Source: Candidatus Eiseniibacteriota bacterium
Lineage (GTDB): Bacteria > Eisenbacteria > RBG-16-71-46 > JAFGJU01
DNA: 64,000 bases
Direction: 5' to 3'
NCBI GenBank assembly: GCA_026388185.1
Contig: JAPLKG010000014.1
Location: 79,281-143,280, forward strand
A model generated the notes under the pieces. It worked only from the letters and a program-made list of their open reading frames with translations. It did not search any database and was not told the DNA's origin. The position numbers and the translations under genes were made by a program. Shown here in pieces: positions 26,265-35,208 of the stretch. Positions within the stretch are counted from its first letter, which is position 1; every line of letters starts with the position of its first letter.

Positions 26265-27950
26265 ATGCTTGACGTAGACAGGAGAGAGTTTCTGAAGAAG
26301 CTGCTTGCCGGAGTGTCGCTTGCAGCTCTCGATTGGAATGCATTCCCGAAGGGCGCGAACGCTCAGGCGGGAAAAGGAGAATCTGAGGCGACGATGACTG
26401 CGGCTGGGAGCGGAAGCGCTCGGGCCGGAGAAAGCGCCTTCGACGCTATCATCATCGGTTCCGGTCTCGGCGGACTAAGCTGTGCCGCCGCTTTTGCCCG
26501 CCAAGGGTTCAAGCCACTCGTTCTGGAAAAGCACGACAAACCCGGCGGCTACGCTACGACGTTCAAGCGACCCGGGGGCTTCAGCTTCGACGTCTCCTTG
26601 CATTCCACGGTGGTGGGAGAAAGAGCGGGCATACACAATCTGATACCGGGATTTCCAGAGATCGCGGACATTGAATTTGTCCCTCACCCAAACCTCTATC
26701 GAGCAATCTTCCCTGACTACGATCTCCGCATGCCGCAGAAGGACATTCCCGCGTACGTCGCAATACTGGTCGGCCATTTTCCTGAGGAGAAGGAAGGTAT
26801 TGAGGGGCTGTTCGGCGACATGAAGGGACTGGTCAGCGACCTTGAGAAGTACTCGGCAGCCCGAGGCAAGGTGGACATGGCCACGTTCCCCGCCGACTTC
26901 CCATATCTCTTCAAGAATTACAGCAGGACGTGGGGCCAGATGGTGGACTCCCGAATCAAGAGCCCGAAGCTCAAAGCGATTGTGTCCGTGATGTGGGGAT
27001 ACTACGGGCTTCCGCCCTCGAGACTCTCGACTTTTTACTACGCGCTTCCCACGATGAGCTATCTTGCCGAGGGCGGTTATTATCCGAAGGGGCAATCTCA
27101 GAAGATAAGCAATGCCTTCGTGGAGTTCATAGAAAAACGCGGCGGCAAGGTGGTTCTGGGGACGAAGGTCAGCGAGATTCTGGTAAAGGACCACGTGGCT
27201 CACGGAGTCAGAACCGCTGACGGGAAAGAATACGGCGCAAAGGTCGTCGTGTCCAACGCCAACGCGTACGACACGTTCCACACCATGATGAATGAGAGCG
27301 AGTATCTCAAGGATTACCTCGCCCGGATGGACACGTTCAGCGTGAGTCTTTCGAGCTTCCAGGTGTTCCTTGGGCTGAAGAAGGACCTCGTCGGCGGGCT
27401 TGGAATCACCGACACCGAGATCTTCTGCGAGCCGGGCTATGACCCCGAGGCCGCCTACGAGGACATGGTCAACGCAAAGGTTGAAGATGGTGGCTTCGGA
27501 CTCATGCTCTACGACAACCTCTACAAAGGCTATTCGCCCCAGGGAAAGAACACACTCAACGTCTTGTCGCTCCAGGGGTACGACCACTGGAAACAATACG
27601 AGACCGACTATTTCAAGGGCGAGAAGACGGCCTACAGAAAAGAGAAGGAACGAATGGCCGACGTCCTGATCGACAGCGTGGAAAAAAGGCTCCTGCCGGG
27701 GCTACGGGCCGCGATTGAGGTCAAGGAGATCGGCACCCCTCTCACGAATCTGCGCTACACCGGCAACTACCGAGGCGCTGCCTACGGTTGGGATCAGACG
27801 CTGGACAATTCAGGCCAGAGTCGCCTGGGGCATTCGACTCCCATAAAGAACCTGTATCTTGCCGGGGCCTGGACCAGGCCCGGCCACGGCTACGGCGCCG
27901 TCATCCCGAGCGGCCTCGAGTGCTTCGGGGAGATTATGAAGAACTGGTGA
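26265..27950 (+). CDS. Tat-exported NAD(P)/FAD-dependent oxidoreductase, phytoene-desaturase (CrtI)-like family
   Basis: Twin-arginine motif RREFLKK; Rossmann dinucleotide motif IIIGSGLGGLSCAAAFARQG; 561 aa. Confidence 0.75.
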   Translation: MLDVDRREFLKKLLAGVSLAALDWNAFPKGANAQAGKGESEATMTAAGSGSARAGESAFDAIIIGSGLGGLSCAAAFARQGFKPLVLEKHDKPGGYATTFKRPGGFSFDVSLHSTVVGERAGIHNLIPGFPEIADIEFVPHPNLYRAIFPDYDLRMPQKDIPAYVAILVGHFPEEKEGIEGLFGDMKGLVSDLEKYSAARGKVDMATFPADFPYLFKNYSRTWGQMVDSRIKSPKLKAIVSVMWGYYGLPPSRLSTFYYALPTMSYLAEGGYYPKGQSQKISNAFVEFIEKRGGKVVLGTKVSEILVKDHVAHGVRTADGKEYGAKVVVSNANAYDTFHTMMNESEYLKDYLARMDTFSVSLSSFQVFLGLKKDLVGGLGITDTEIFCEPGYDPEAAYEDMVNAKVEDGGFGLMLYDNLYKGYSPQGKNTLNVLSLQGYDHWKQYETDYFKGEKTAYRKEKERMADVLIDSVEKRLLPGLRAAIEVKEIGTPLTNLRYTGNYRGAAYGWDQTLDNSGQSRLGHSTPIKNLYLAGAWTRPGHGYGAVIPSGLECFGEIMKNW

Positions 27951-28041
27951 GATTCTGCGGTTGGACGCGACAGGTACATCACCTCTTAAAGACACTTATC
28001 TGGAAACGTCATGAGCCGTAGTTAGCAGGCAAGAAGGCGAA

Positions 28042-28551
28042 ATGATGGCTCCGATGGAGTTGGTTGATTCATCCCTGGAATGGCTCAGGCAAAACTATCG
28101 CCGTTTTCCTTTCGTCGTGGAGCGCGACATCGAATGGACTCTTCAGCAACATATGAACTCCGAGATCAAGAGCAACAATCTGCCCTATGCTATGTTCAGC
28201 AACTATCCCATGCTCCCTGGAAAACGCAGAAGCCGTTGCGCTGACCTAGTGATTCTGGATTCCGAGGGCTCTGTCGCAGTCGCTCTTGAGTTCAAGTATG
28301 AACCCTCTCATAAGAGACCGGATCTCTTGAGAAGCAAGTTTCCCGTCGTCTTCTGGGGCAAAGATGGAGTAGGGAAAGATCTGAACCGCATTCACGAGTA
28401 CGTGGAAAACGGTAAGGCCAAGATCGCCCTATCGATATTCATTGATGAGGATGGCTCTTTTGCCCATCGCGAGCCACGTCCGGGCAGTCGCTGGATAGAC
28501 TGGGGCGATGGCGTCCGGGTCCTGTACGCTCGAGTTGATAGGCAGACGTGA
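28042..28551 (+). CDS. hypothetical protein, PD-(D/E)xK nuclease-like motif
   Basis: E (VVERDIEW) ... D (CADLVILD) ... ExK (VALEFKYE) spacing typical of restriction-endonuclease-like fold. Confidence 0.35.
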   Translation: MMAPMELVDSSLEWLRQNYRRFPFVVERDIEWTLQQHMNSEIKSNNLPYAMFSNYPMLPGKRRSRCADLVILDSEGSVAVALEFKYEPSHKRPDLLRSKFPVVFWGKDGVGKDLNRIHEYVENGKAKIALSIFIDEDGSFAHREPRPGSRWIDWGDGVRVLYARVDRQT

Positions 28552-29270
28552 AATACAATTCGCCTGCTGACATGTGGCTGGAGCAGACGGAGAACCCCAC
28601 CGCTCAGCCGCGCCGTTCGCCAGACATGGCGGGCGTGGCTCAAGGAAAGTCATACGATGTGAGAAACAGGTTTGACCACACTCTACAGTTCAAGGTGACG
28701 CTCAAGGAGGTCAAGCCTCCAGTCTGGCGACGGATCCAGGTCCCGTGTACCTATACCTTCTGGGACCTGCACGTCGCCATACAAGATGCCATGGGTTGGC
28801 TTGATTACCATCTGCACGCGTTCAAGTTGCGGGCCCCCACCACTGGAATACTCCTGGAGATAGGGATTCCTTCCGAAGATGATTTCGCAGATGAACCCGT
28901 TGTTCTTCCCGGCTGGGACATCCCAGTTGCACGCTTCCTAACGCTGGCTGACCGAAAAGCCGACTATCTGTACGACTTTGGAGATGGCTGGGAGCATGCC
29001 ATCGTTCTTGAGAAGGTCGGTCCGCGCGATTCCTCGTTGCATTATCCCGTTTGTGTTGCCGGCCGACGTGCGTGCCCGCCGGAGGATTGCGGCGGGTCGT
29101 GGGGATACAAGGAATTGCTCGAGGCGCTGGCCGATCCCAATCATGAAGAGCATGACAGATTATCGACTTGGGTGGGAGGGTCGTTTGATCCGGAAGAGTT
29201 CGAGGCAGCTTCTGTACGCTTCGAGGACCCAGAGGAGCGATGGAAGTGCGCATTCTTGGACGGGCAATAG
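28548..29270 (+). CDS. plasmid pRiA4b ORF-3-like family protein
   Basis: IQVPCTYTFWDLHVAIQDAMGWLDYHLHAF ... YDFGDGWEHAIVLEKV ... CPPEDCGGSWGY: family-specific conserved blocks; GTGA overlap with upstream gene. Confidence 0.6.
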   Translation: MKYNSPADMWLEQTENPTAQPRRSPDMAGVAQGKSYDVRNRFDHTLQFKVTLKEVKPPVWRRIQVPCTYTFWDLHVAIQDAMGWLDYHLHAFKLRAPTTGILLEIGIPSEDDFADEPVVLPGWDIPVARFLTLADRKADYLYDFGDGWEHAIVLEKVGPRDSSLHYPVCVAGRRACPPEDCGGSWGYKELLEALADPNHEEHDRLSTWVGGSFDPEEFEAASVRFEDPEERWKCAFLDGQ

Positions 29271-29319
29271 AGGTGGCGTGTTTTCGTAGGCCGCCGAACA
29301 CCGGCGTGCTGCTGGCGCA

Positions 29320-29865
29320 ATGCCGCCAGTCGAGTCGCATCTGCCACAGAACTTTGCCCCGCCGCAGCTGATGCCGATTGCGTTAGATGCAAGAGAGCAT
29401 TCTGGTCGCTTTGAGGTACAGACTCAGATGAAGAGAAGATCAACCACGGCTATCTCAATCTTGTTGTTAGTGTTTGGATTTTTCGGAACAATTGGATCCA
29501 GTATGGACCTCGTACTAGATTCCCGCAGTGAAATTGCAATAGCCCTAGGAACAATCTGGCGACTATTCTCCTTTATCTGCCTACTGAACAGCTTGGCTCT
29601 TCTTGGTTCTGGTTGGCTAATGTACACGCGGAATAGGCACACATCAGAAGGTGTCGCTATCACCTTATCATTAACAATTGTCCGCACAATGTACCATATG
29701 GGAATTGTCATTCCCGCACGTCAGAACTTAATAGATGACACTGCACGTATCTTTGGAAATTACCTGGGTAGCGGAATTGCGTCACTCGTGGTTCTGGTCT
29801 GTTACGTAGGTATCATCAGTTATCTCCGAACTGAGCATAGCAGAAAGGAATTTCATTCTGCGTAG
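29320..29865 (+). CDS. hypothetical membrane protein (AT-rich patch)
   Basis: 4 predicted TM helices; probable start at internal Met (29428); local GC clearly below flanks. Confidence 0.35.
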   Translation: MPPVESHLPQNFAPPQLMPIALDAREHSGRFEVQTQMKRRSTTAISILLLVFGFFGTIGSSMDLVLDSRSEIAIALGTIWRLFSFICLLNSLALLGSGWLMYTRNRHTSEGVAITLSLTIVRTMYHMGIVIPARQNLIDDTARIFGNYLGSGIASLVVLVCYVGIISYLRTEHSRKEFHSA

Positions 29866-29870
29866 AGGAG

Positions 29871-30110
29871 ATGTCAAGGTTCTGGCTGTCTGGGGGGAAT
29901 AGTATGAGCGCTGATATCTCAAAGAAGATAGTGTTAGGGATTGTAGTGTTTCTCGGAGGGCTTTTGTTATGGGCAATTTTGAAGAGGGCGCTCCTGTCTC
30001 TTGGAAACGCATGGGTCGGGTTTATTGCTGGATTGCTATTTTGGGTGGGGTTCGCGTATCTATTTTCTAAAGCAACTGGTTGGCCCTTCTCTCATGAAAG
30101 GAAAAAGTGA
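29871..30110 (+). CDS. small membrane protein
   Basis: 79 aa, two TM helices. Confidence 0.3.
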   Translation: MSRFWLSGGNSMSADISKKIVLGIVVFLGGLLLWAILKRALLSLGNAWVGFIAGLLFWVGFAYLFSKATGWPFSHERKK

Positions 30111-30207
30111 CTTCCACCTAACGAACCACTCAACCAAGCGGTTCGATTCGCTCCACTTGCACACCACCGGTCAACTCAAGCCGTTGGATGCCGAAGCAGG
30201 GTAGATC

Positions 30208-30417
30208 ATGACCGACAGGGAATTCGAACAATATAGAAGAGAGCTACTTGAGTACAATCGCGAGACGATCCATCTCTTGTCCAACCACAAGAAGTCCGAA
30301 CGCGAGCGGTGCGTCTGTGCCGTCTTCCTCCGATGTCTCGGTGTAGATCTCACGGTTGCAGAGCTTGTATCCGTACCTCAGCATCTAACCAGCTGCTTGC
30401 CTGGCACGGCATTTTGA
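30208..30417 (+). CDS. small hypothetical protein
   Basis: 69-aa ORF in AT-rich patch; no motif. Confidence 0.2.
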   Translation: MTDREFEQYRRELLEYNRETIHLLSNHKKSERERCVCAVFLRCLGVDLTVAELVSVPQHLTSCLPGTAF

Positions 30418-30421
30418 CGTC

Positions 30422-30450
30422 TTGACATAATAACGCTATGATGCTATACT
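30422..30450 (+). promoter_or_regulatory. sigma70-type promoter TTGACA-N17-TATACT for relBE-type operon
   Basis: ttgaca 30422-30427, 17-nt spacer, tatact 30445-30450; GGAGGTG RBS then ATG 30471. Confidence 0.6.
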
Positions 30451-30470
30451 CTCTCATGGAGGTGTTTCTC

Positions 30471-30704
30471 ATGAGTGAGCTTGCTAAGCGTTCAACGGTC
30501 TACTTCAGACCAGATCTTCACCGCGCCCTGCGCATCAAGGCAATTCACACACAGCGCAGCTTGTCCGATCTCGTAAACGATGCTGTTCAGATGGCACTTC
30601 GGGAGGACGAAGAGGACCTCGAGGCCTTCCGTGAGCGCGCGCATGAGCCTACGCTAAGTTACGAAGAACTGCTCAGAGACTTGAAGGCGCATGGGAAGAT
30701 ATAG
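30471..30704 (+). CDS. RHH (CopG/RelB/ParD-like) antitoxin
   Basis: MSELAKRSTVYFRPDLHRALRIKAIHTQRSLSDLVNDAV: ribbon-helix-helix pattern; overlaps toxin gene. Confidence 0.65.
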   Translation: MSELAKRSTVYFRPDLHRALRIKAIHTQRSLSDLVNDAVQMALREDEEDLEAFRERAHEPTLSYEELLRDLKAHGKI

Positions 30705-30954
30705 GCTGGTCTTCAGGAAATCGGTCGCAAAGGATCTTCGGCGGGTTCCCAACAAGGATGTTGCTCGTATTCTCAAGTGTTTCAAGGCACTTGAAAACGA
30801 TCCGCGGGGGCCGGGATGTGAGAAGCTGTCGGAGCAAGAAAGATATCGAGTCCGTGTTGGTGTTTATCGTATTGTCTACCAGATCAAGGACGACTTGCTT
30901 GTGGTTGTCGTGGTGAAGATCGGCCACCGGCGCGACGTTTACAGAAGCAGCTAA
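30691..30954 (+). CDS. RelE/ParE-family toxin
   Basis: C-terminal YRVRVGVYRIVYQIKDDLLVVVVVKIGHRRDVY is the RelE/ParE core signature; 87 aa. Confidence 0.8.
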   Translation: MGRYRLVFRKSVAKDLRRVPNKDVARILKCFKALENDPRGPGCEKLSEQERYRVRVGVYRIVYQIKDDLLVVVVVKIGHRRDVYRSS

Positions 30955-31274
30955 TCAGCGGCTGGCGCTGATGGAAAAAGCCCCACCGCGCCACTCTGCC
31001 TGCCGCAGCGAAGATCTACTTCACAAATGGACGTCCAAATGATTAAGTGTGACTGCACTGAGTTGCCTTGGCGCTTTCACAGGAGTTCTTCAAGTCTATT
31101 GTCGTTCGCGGGAGTTTATGGGCAATCCGGGGGGCGTTGCATGGTACGCAGACAGTTTTCCGGCCTTGCCCCGCGCCCCTCTCTTGTGCTATCTTCTTTC
31201 CGTTTATACTGTTGATATAACAGCGAGCAATTCATTGATAAGGCAATAAGCAATTCAGGAAGGGGGTTCTCACC

Positions 31275-32726
31275 ATGCCCGTGTTCTGGATAGTAGTCGT
31301 CGCTCTTGCCGCCGGCCTTTTTGTGCTTTGGGCCTTGAACTACCGAAAGGTCGGCCCGAACGAGGCCCTCATAATCTCCGGAGGAAGAAGGCACACGATT
31401 GTCGAACCTGACGGCACGAAGAGGACCGTCGGCTATAGAGTCCAGATAGGCGGCGGCACGTTCATAATGCCGCTCGTTGAAAGAGCGCAGGTGCTGCCGC
31501 TCGATATTTTCCCCATTTCTCTGAAGGTCGAGGACGTTTTAACCGGCCAGGGCGTGCTGATAACTGCCGAAGCACAGGGGCAGGTGAGAGTCGCGGACGA
31601 CGAACACTCAATAAGGCTTGCTGCCCAGCAGTTTCTTACTGCGGGAGCCGACGGGATTAAGTCGGTTTCATCTGATGTGCTCGAGGGACATTTCCGCGCC
31701 ATGCTGGGTATGATGTCCGTCGAGGAAATATACCAGCACAGGGAAGAATTCGCCGACCGCGTGGAAAAGGCTGCCTCCGAGGATTTCTCACGCATGGGGC
31801 TCTCGCTCGTTTCTTTTTCCATGAAGGACATCAGCGACAAGCAAGGATACATCGAGGCTCTCGGTGCGCCTAAGATCGCTCAGGTGAAAAGAGACGCCTC
31901 CGTCGCCCAGGCGGAAACAGAAAAAGATGCCGCCATCAAGGCCGCTATCTCCAAGAAAGAGGGAGACGTCGTGCGGCTCCAGGCCGAGGTTGAGATCGCA
32001 GCGGCAACGCGAGATTTTGAGACGAAGCGCGCGGAGTTCCAGGCGACAGTCAACCAGAAGCGTGCCCGGGCAGACCTATCCTATGAGCTCGAGAGATTCA
32101 AGATGACTCAGGAGCTCAAGAAGGAAGAGGCAGAGGTTAAGTTAATAGAGAAAGAGAAATCAATCGAGCTCGAAACGAAGGAGATTGCGAGGAGAGAGAA
32201 GGAACTAGAGGCGACCGTGAGGAAACCGGCCGAGGCCATGGCGTTCCAGGCGAAGATGGAGGCAGAGGCAGAGGCTTACCAGAAAGAACTCGAAGCCAAG
32301 GGAAGAGCCGCGGGCATCAGGCTTCAGGGTGCGGCCGAGGCCGAAGCGATGGCTGCAAAGGGCGAAGCCGAAGCCAGGACCATGCTGAGAAAGGCGGAGT
32401 CCTGGTCCAAGTATAACGAGGCCGCCATCTACGAAACTTACATGAAAACTCTGCCCGATCTTGCCAAGGCGGTGTCCGAGCCTCTATCCAAAGTCGAGAA
32501 GATCGTACTTGTGGGTTCCGGCGATGCGAGCGCCGCATCGCAGATTACCGGCCAGGTTGCAACCATCATCGCTCAGCTTCCGACGATCATCGAGTCTCTG
32601 ACCGGGACTGACATAAAGACGTTTCTCTCGAACCTGCCACGCTCTCGCCAACTGAAGGAAGCCGGAAAGGAATCCAAGGAATCCTCCGAAAGCTCCAAGG
32701 GCAAGAGCGGAGGAATGATAGACTGA
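31275..32726 (+). CDS. flotillin-like SPFH/band-7 protein
   Basis: N-terminal TM anchor, SPFH domain, long Ala/Glu-rich coiled-coil (EAEA repeats) typical of FloT/YqiK. Confidence 0.8.
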   Translation: MPVFWIVVVALAAGLFVLWALNYRKVGPNEALIISGGRRHTIVEPDGTKRTVGYRVQIGGGTFIMPLVERAQVLPLDIFPISLKVEDVLTGQGVLITAEAQGQVRVADDEHSIRLAAQQFLTAGADGIKSVSSDVLEGHFRAMLGMMSVEEIYQHREEFADRVEKAASEDFSRMGLSLVSFSMKDISDKQGYIEALGAPKIAQVKRDASVAQAETEKDAAIKAAISKKEGDVVRLQAEVEIAAATRDFETKRAEFQATVNQKRARADLSYELERFKMTQELKKEEAEVKLIEKEKSIELETKEIARREKELEATVRKPAEAMAFQAKMEAEAEAYQKELEAKGRAAGIRLQGAAEAEAMAAKGEAEARTMLRKAESWSKYNEAAIYETYMKTLPDLAKAVSEPLSKVEKIVLVGSGDASAASQITGQVATIIAQLPTIIESLTGTDIKTFLSNLPRSRQLKEAGKESKESSESSKGKSGGMID

Positions 32727-32840
32727 GCAAGCCGCAGAAGTTACTGCTGTAAGCTTTGGACGTACTGCGTCGGCAGTAGTGATTGCACCGACAACCTACT
32801 GCGCCGTTAGCACTGACCGCACTCAGCAGGTTATTGGAAT

Positions 32841-35207
32841 ATGGCAGATCCTTCAGAACTGTTGGCTGAGCGAGTAAATCGCATCGGGCTTTCCCCGACG
32901 CTCCGCATAGGGGCGACCGCCCTCGCCATGAAGGCCGAGGGCATCAATGTGATCGACTTCAGCGTCGGCGAGCCCGACTTCCCCACGCCGAAGAACGTGA
33001 AGGAAGCCGGCAAACGTGCAATCGACGCCGACTTCACCAAGTACACGGCCAACGACGGCATCGCGGACTTAAAGCGCGCGATCATCGAAAAGCTGAGACG
33101 CGACAACGGGCTGGATTACAAGCTCGACGAAATAATCGTCTCGCCCGGCGCCAAGTGCAGCCTCTACCACATCTCGGTTGCGCTCTTCAACGAAGGCGAA
33201 GACGTCATCATTCCAGTCCCCTACTGGGTTTCCTACCCCGACCAGGTGAGGCTCGCGAAGGCGAATCCCATTTTCGTGCGCACGAGAGAGGAGAACGGCT
33301 TCCGTCTGACGCCGCAGGACCTGAGAGCCGCGCTCACGTTCAACACGAAAGCGCTCATACTCAACTATCCCTGCAATCCGAGCGGCGCCACGTACACGCG
33401 GGACGACCTCGAGGCGATTGCCGAAGTCGCAGTCAAGGAAGGGCTTCTCGTCATTGCAGACGAAATCTACGAGAAGCTGGTCTACGACGGTTTCAGGTTC
33501 GTGAGCATCGCTTCTCTCAATGACAGGATAAAGAAGCAGTGCATAGTCGTTAACGGCGTCTCGAAGGCATATTCGATGACCGGCTGGCGAATCGGCTACG
33601 CGGCGGGGCCCAAAGAGATAATCGCCGCGATGTCAAAGATCCAGAGTCACAACACGTCGAACGCGACTTCGATCTCGCAGATGGCGACATTGGAAGCCCT
33701 TCGGGGCTCGCAGCTCGAAATCCCGCGCATGGTATCGGAGTTCCATCGCCGCAGGAATTACATGGTTCAGCGTCTGCGCGCGATTCCGGGCGTCTCTTGT
33801 TTTGAGCCGAAGGGCGCGTTCTATCTCTTCCCGAACGTCTCCTACTACTTTGACCGACAGTTTCATGGGGCACCCGTCAGAAACTCGTACGGCTTGTCTT
33901 ACTACCTTCTCAAAGAGGCGAAAGTGGCCGTTGTTCCCGGCGAAGCCTTCGGCGCCGAGGGGCACATCAGGCTTTCCTACGCTACGTCGATGAAAAACAT
34001 CGAAGAAGGAATGCATAGAATCGCCGACGCCCTCGCGGCGCTGGAAGCTCCCAAGAAAGTGAAGCCGCTCGAGCTCAACAACGTAACCACGAAGGTCAGG
34101 AAGTACGTCGAGACGGAGCTGGTGAGCGGCCTCGATCTCAGGAACGCGCTCGTTGCGGAATCCGACGCGCATCTCAAGTACGACAACTACTTCGAATGGA
34201 ATGCCAGCATCTCTGGCGTGATAATACAGCTCCGCACGAATAGCCCTCATTTCTCGGATTTCTGGGCGGAGAACTGGTACCCCGCTCAGCTCGAAGCAGA
34301 CATTGAACCTCACGCCATCATCTACGGTGTGAAAGACGTGACCGGCAGAGAAGCGCGCACTTTCTACAACTCGGATTCCCACACCGGTTTTGTTTTCAAT
34401 ACCGCGTTCTACGGCCAACTGAGGAGCCTCGCCATCGGCATGCTGGCCGACGTTTCGGAAAAAACGTCCGGCCTTCATTGCGTCCATGCTTCGGCAATCG
34501 ACGTCGGCGGTTCGGGGATTCTTCTTATGGGACCACCGCGAGTCGGGAAATTCACGCACCTTGCAGGTCTTCTCAAGGCTAACGGGGCCAGACTGGCGGC
34601 GATTGACTTCGTTTGCCTCAGGTACCTTGAGAGGGAGGTTCTGGCCGACGTCCCCGAGAGAAAGTTCTACGTCAGAACCAACTCCGTGGAGAAGATGCCG
34701 CAGCTCGCAAGGCTTTTTGACAAGAGCAAGCTCGAGAACGTCGTCACGAAGAGAGACGAGTGCACGCACGAGTTTTGCCCCGACGTCGATTCTTGCAGGA
34801 TCGACAGAGGAGAGGGCTATTGCTACGCGGCTTCGCGCGATTCGAGGGCCATGCTCGACCCGTACTGGATCGGGGGCACTTCAGGACACGTGAAGCGCAC
34901 TTCAGTCAAGATTCTCGTGATTCTGTGCCGCGACGCGGTTTCCCCCGCGGTTAGAAAGCTCGAAGCGGACGAGGCCCTCAGGCTGCTCGAAGAGGGCAAC
35001 TTCGCTTCCGGAACGGGGCCCATGCGGGCGCAGCCGTTTCTCAATCCAAACCTTCTCGTCAGAAGCTCCGACAGATTCCAGCTACAGAGATTCCTCTTCA
35101 GCAGGCTTCTCAAAGCAGTTCCCTGCTACGTAGTGAATACGGGGGCGGGTTCGCCTGAAAGCATTCAGGAGAAGATAAGGGAACTGGCGGAAAAGGCTCC
35201 GAGGTAA
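32841..35207 (+). CDS. fusion protein: class I/II PLP aminotransferase (aspartate aminotransferase-like) N-terminal domain + HPr kinase/phosphorylase-like C-terminal domain
   Basis: AAT motifs incl. PLP-Lys context GVSKAYSMTGWRIGY and NYPCNPSGA; C-terminal HCVHASAIDVGGSGILLMGPPRVGKFTHLAGL resembles HprK-related kinase P-loop region (Walker A with Phe in place of Ser/Thr); single 788-aa ORF. Confidence 0.65.
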   Translation: MADPSELLAERVNRIGLSPTLRIGATALAMKAEGINVIDFSVGEPDFPTPKNVKEAGKRAIDADFTKYTANDGIADLKRAIIEKLRRDNGLDYKLDEIIVSPGAKCSLYHISVALFNEGEDVIIPVPYWVSYPDQVRLAKANPIFVRTREENGFRLTPQDLRAALTFNTKALILNYPCNPSGATYTRDDLEAIAEVAVKEGLLVIADEIYEKLVYDGFRFVSIASLNDRIKKQCIVVNGVSKAYSMTGWRIGYAAGPKEIIAAMSKIQSHNTSNATSISQMATLEALRGSQLEIPRMVSEFHRRRNYMVQRLRAIPGVSCFEPKGAFYLFPNVSYYFDRQFHGAPVRNSYGLSYYLLKEAKVAVVPGEAFGAEGHIRLSYATSMKNIEEGMHRIADALAALEAPKKVKPLELNNVTTKVRKYVETELVSGLDLRNALVAESDAHLKYDNYFEWNASISGVIIQLRTNSPHFSDFWAENWYPAQLEADIEPHAIIYGVKDVTGREARTFYNSDSHTGFVFNTAFYGQLRSLAIGMLADVSEKTSGLHCVHASAIDVGGSGILLMGPPRVGKFTHLAGLLKANGARLAAIDFVCLRYLEREVLADVPERKFYVRTNSVEKMPQLARLFDKSKLENVVTKRDECTHEFCPDVDSCRIDRGEGYCYAASRDSRAMLDPYWIGGTSGHVKRTSVKILVILCRDAVSPAVRKLEADEALRLLEEGNFASGTGPMRAQPFLNPNLLVRSSDRFQLQRFLFSRLLKAVPCYVVNTGAGSPESIQEKIRELAEKAPR

Positions 35208-35208
35208 G

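Noticed and set aside
26475-27596. 373-aa ORF on the minus strand antisense to the CrtI-like oxidoreductase gene; similar long antisense ORFs at 33633..34769, 22241..23446, 24714..25535, 23343..24206, 20067..20654 and 38069..38785
   Set aside because: Shadow ORFs expected in high-GC DNA opposite real genes. Their products are low-complexity Arg/Pro/Gly-rich with no motifs, whereas the sense-strand genes have clear domain signatures.
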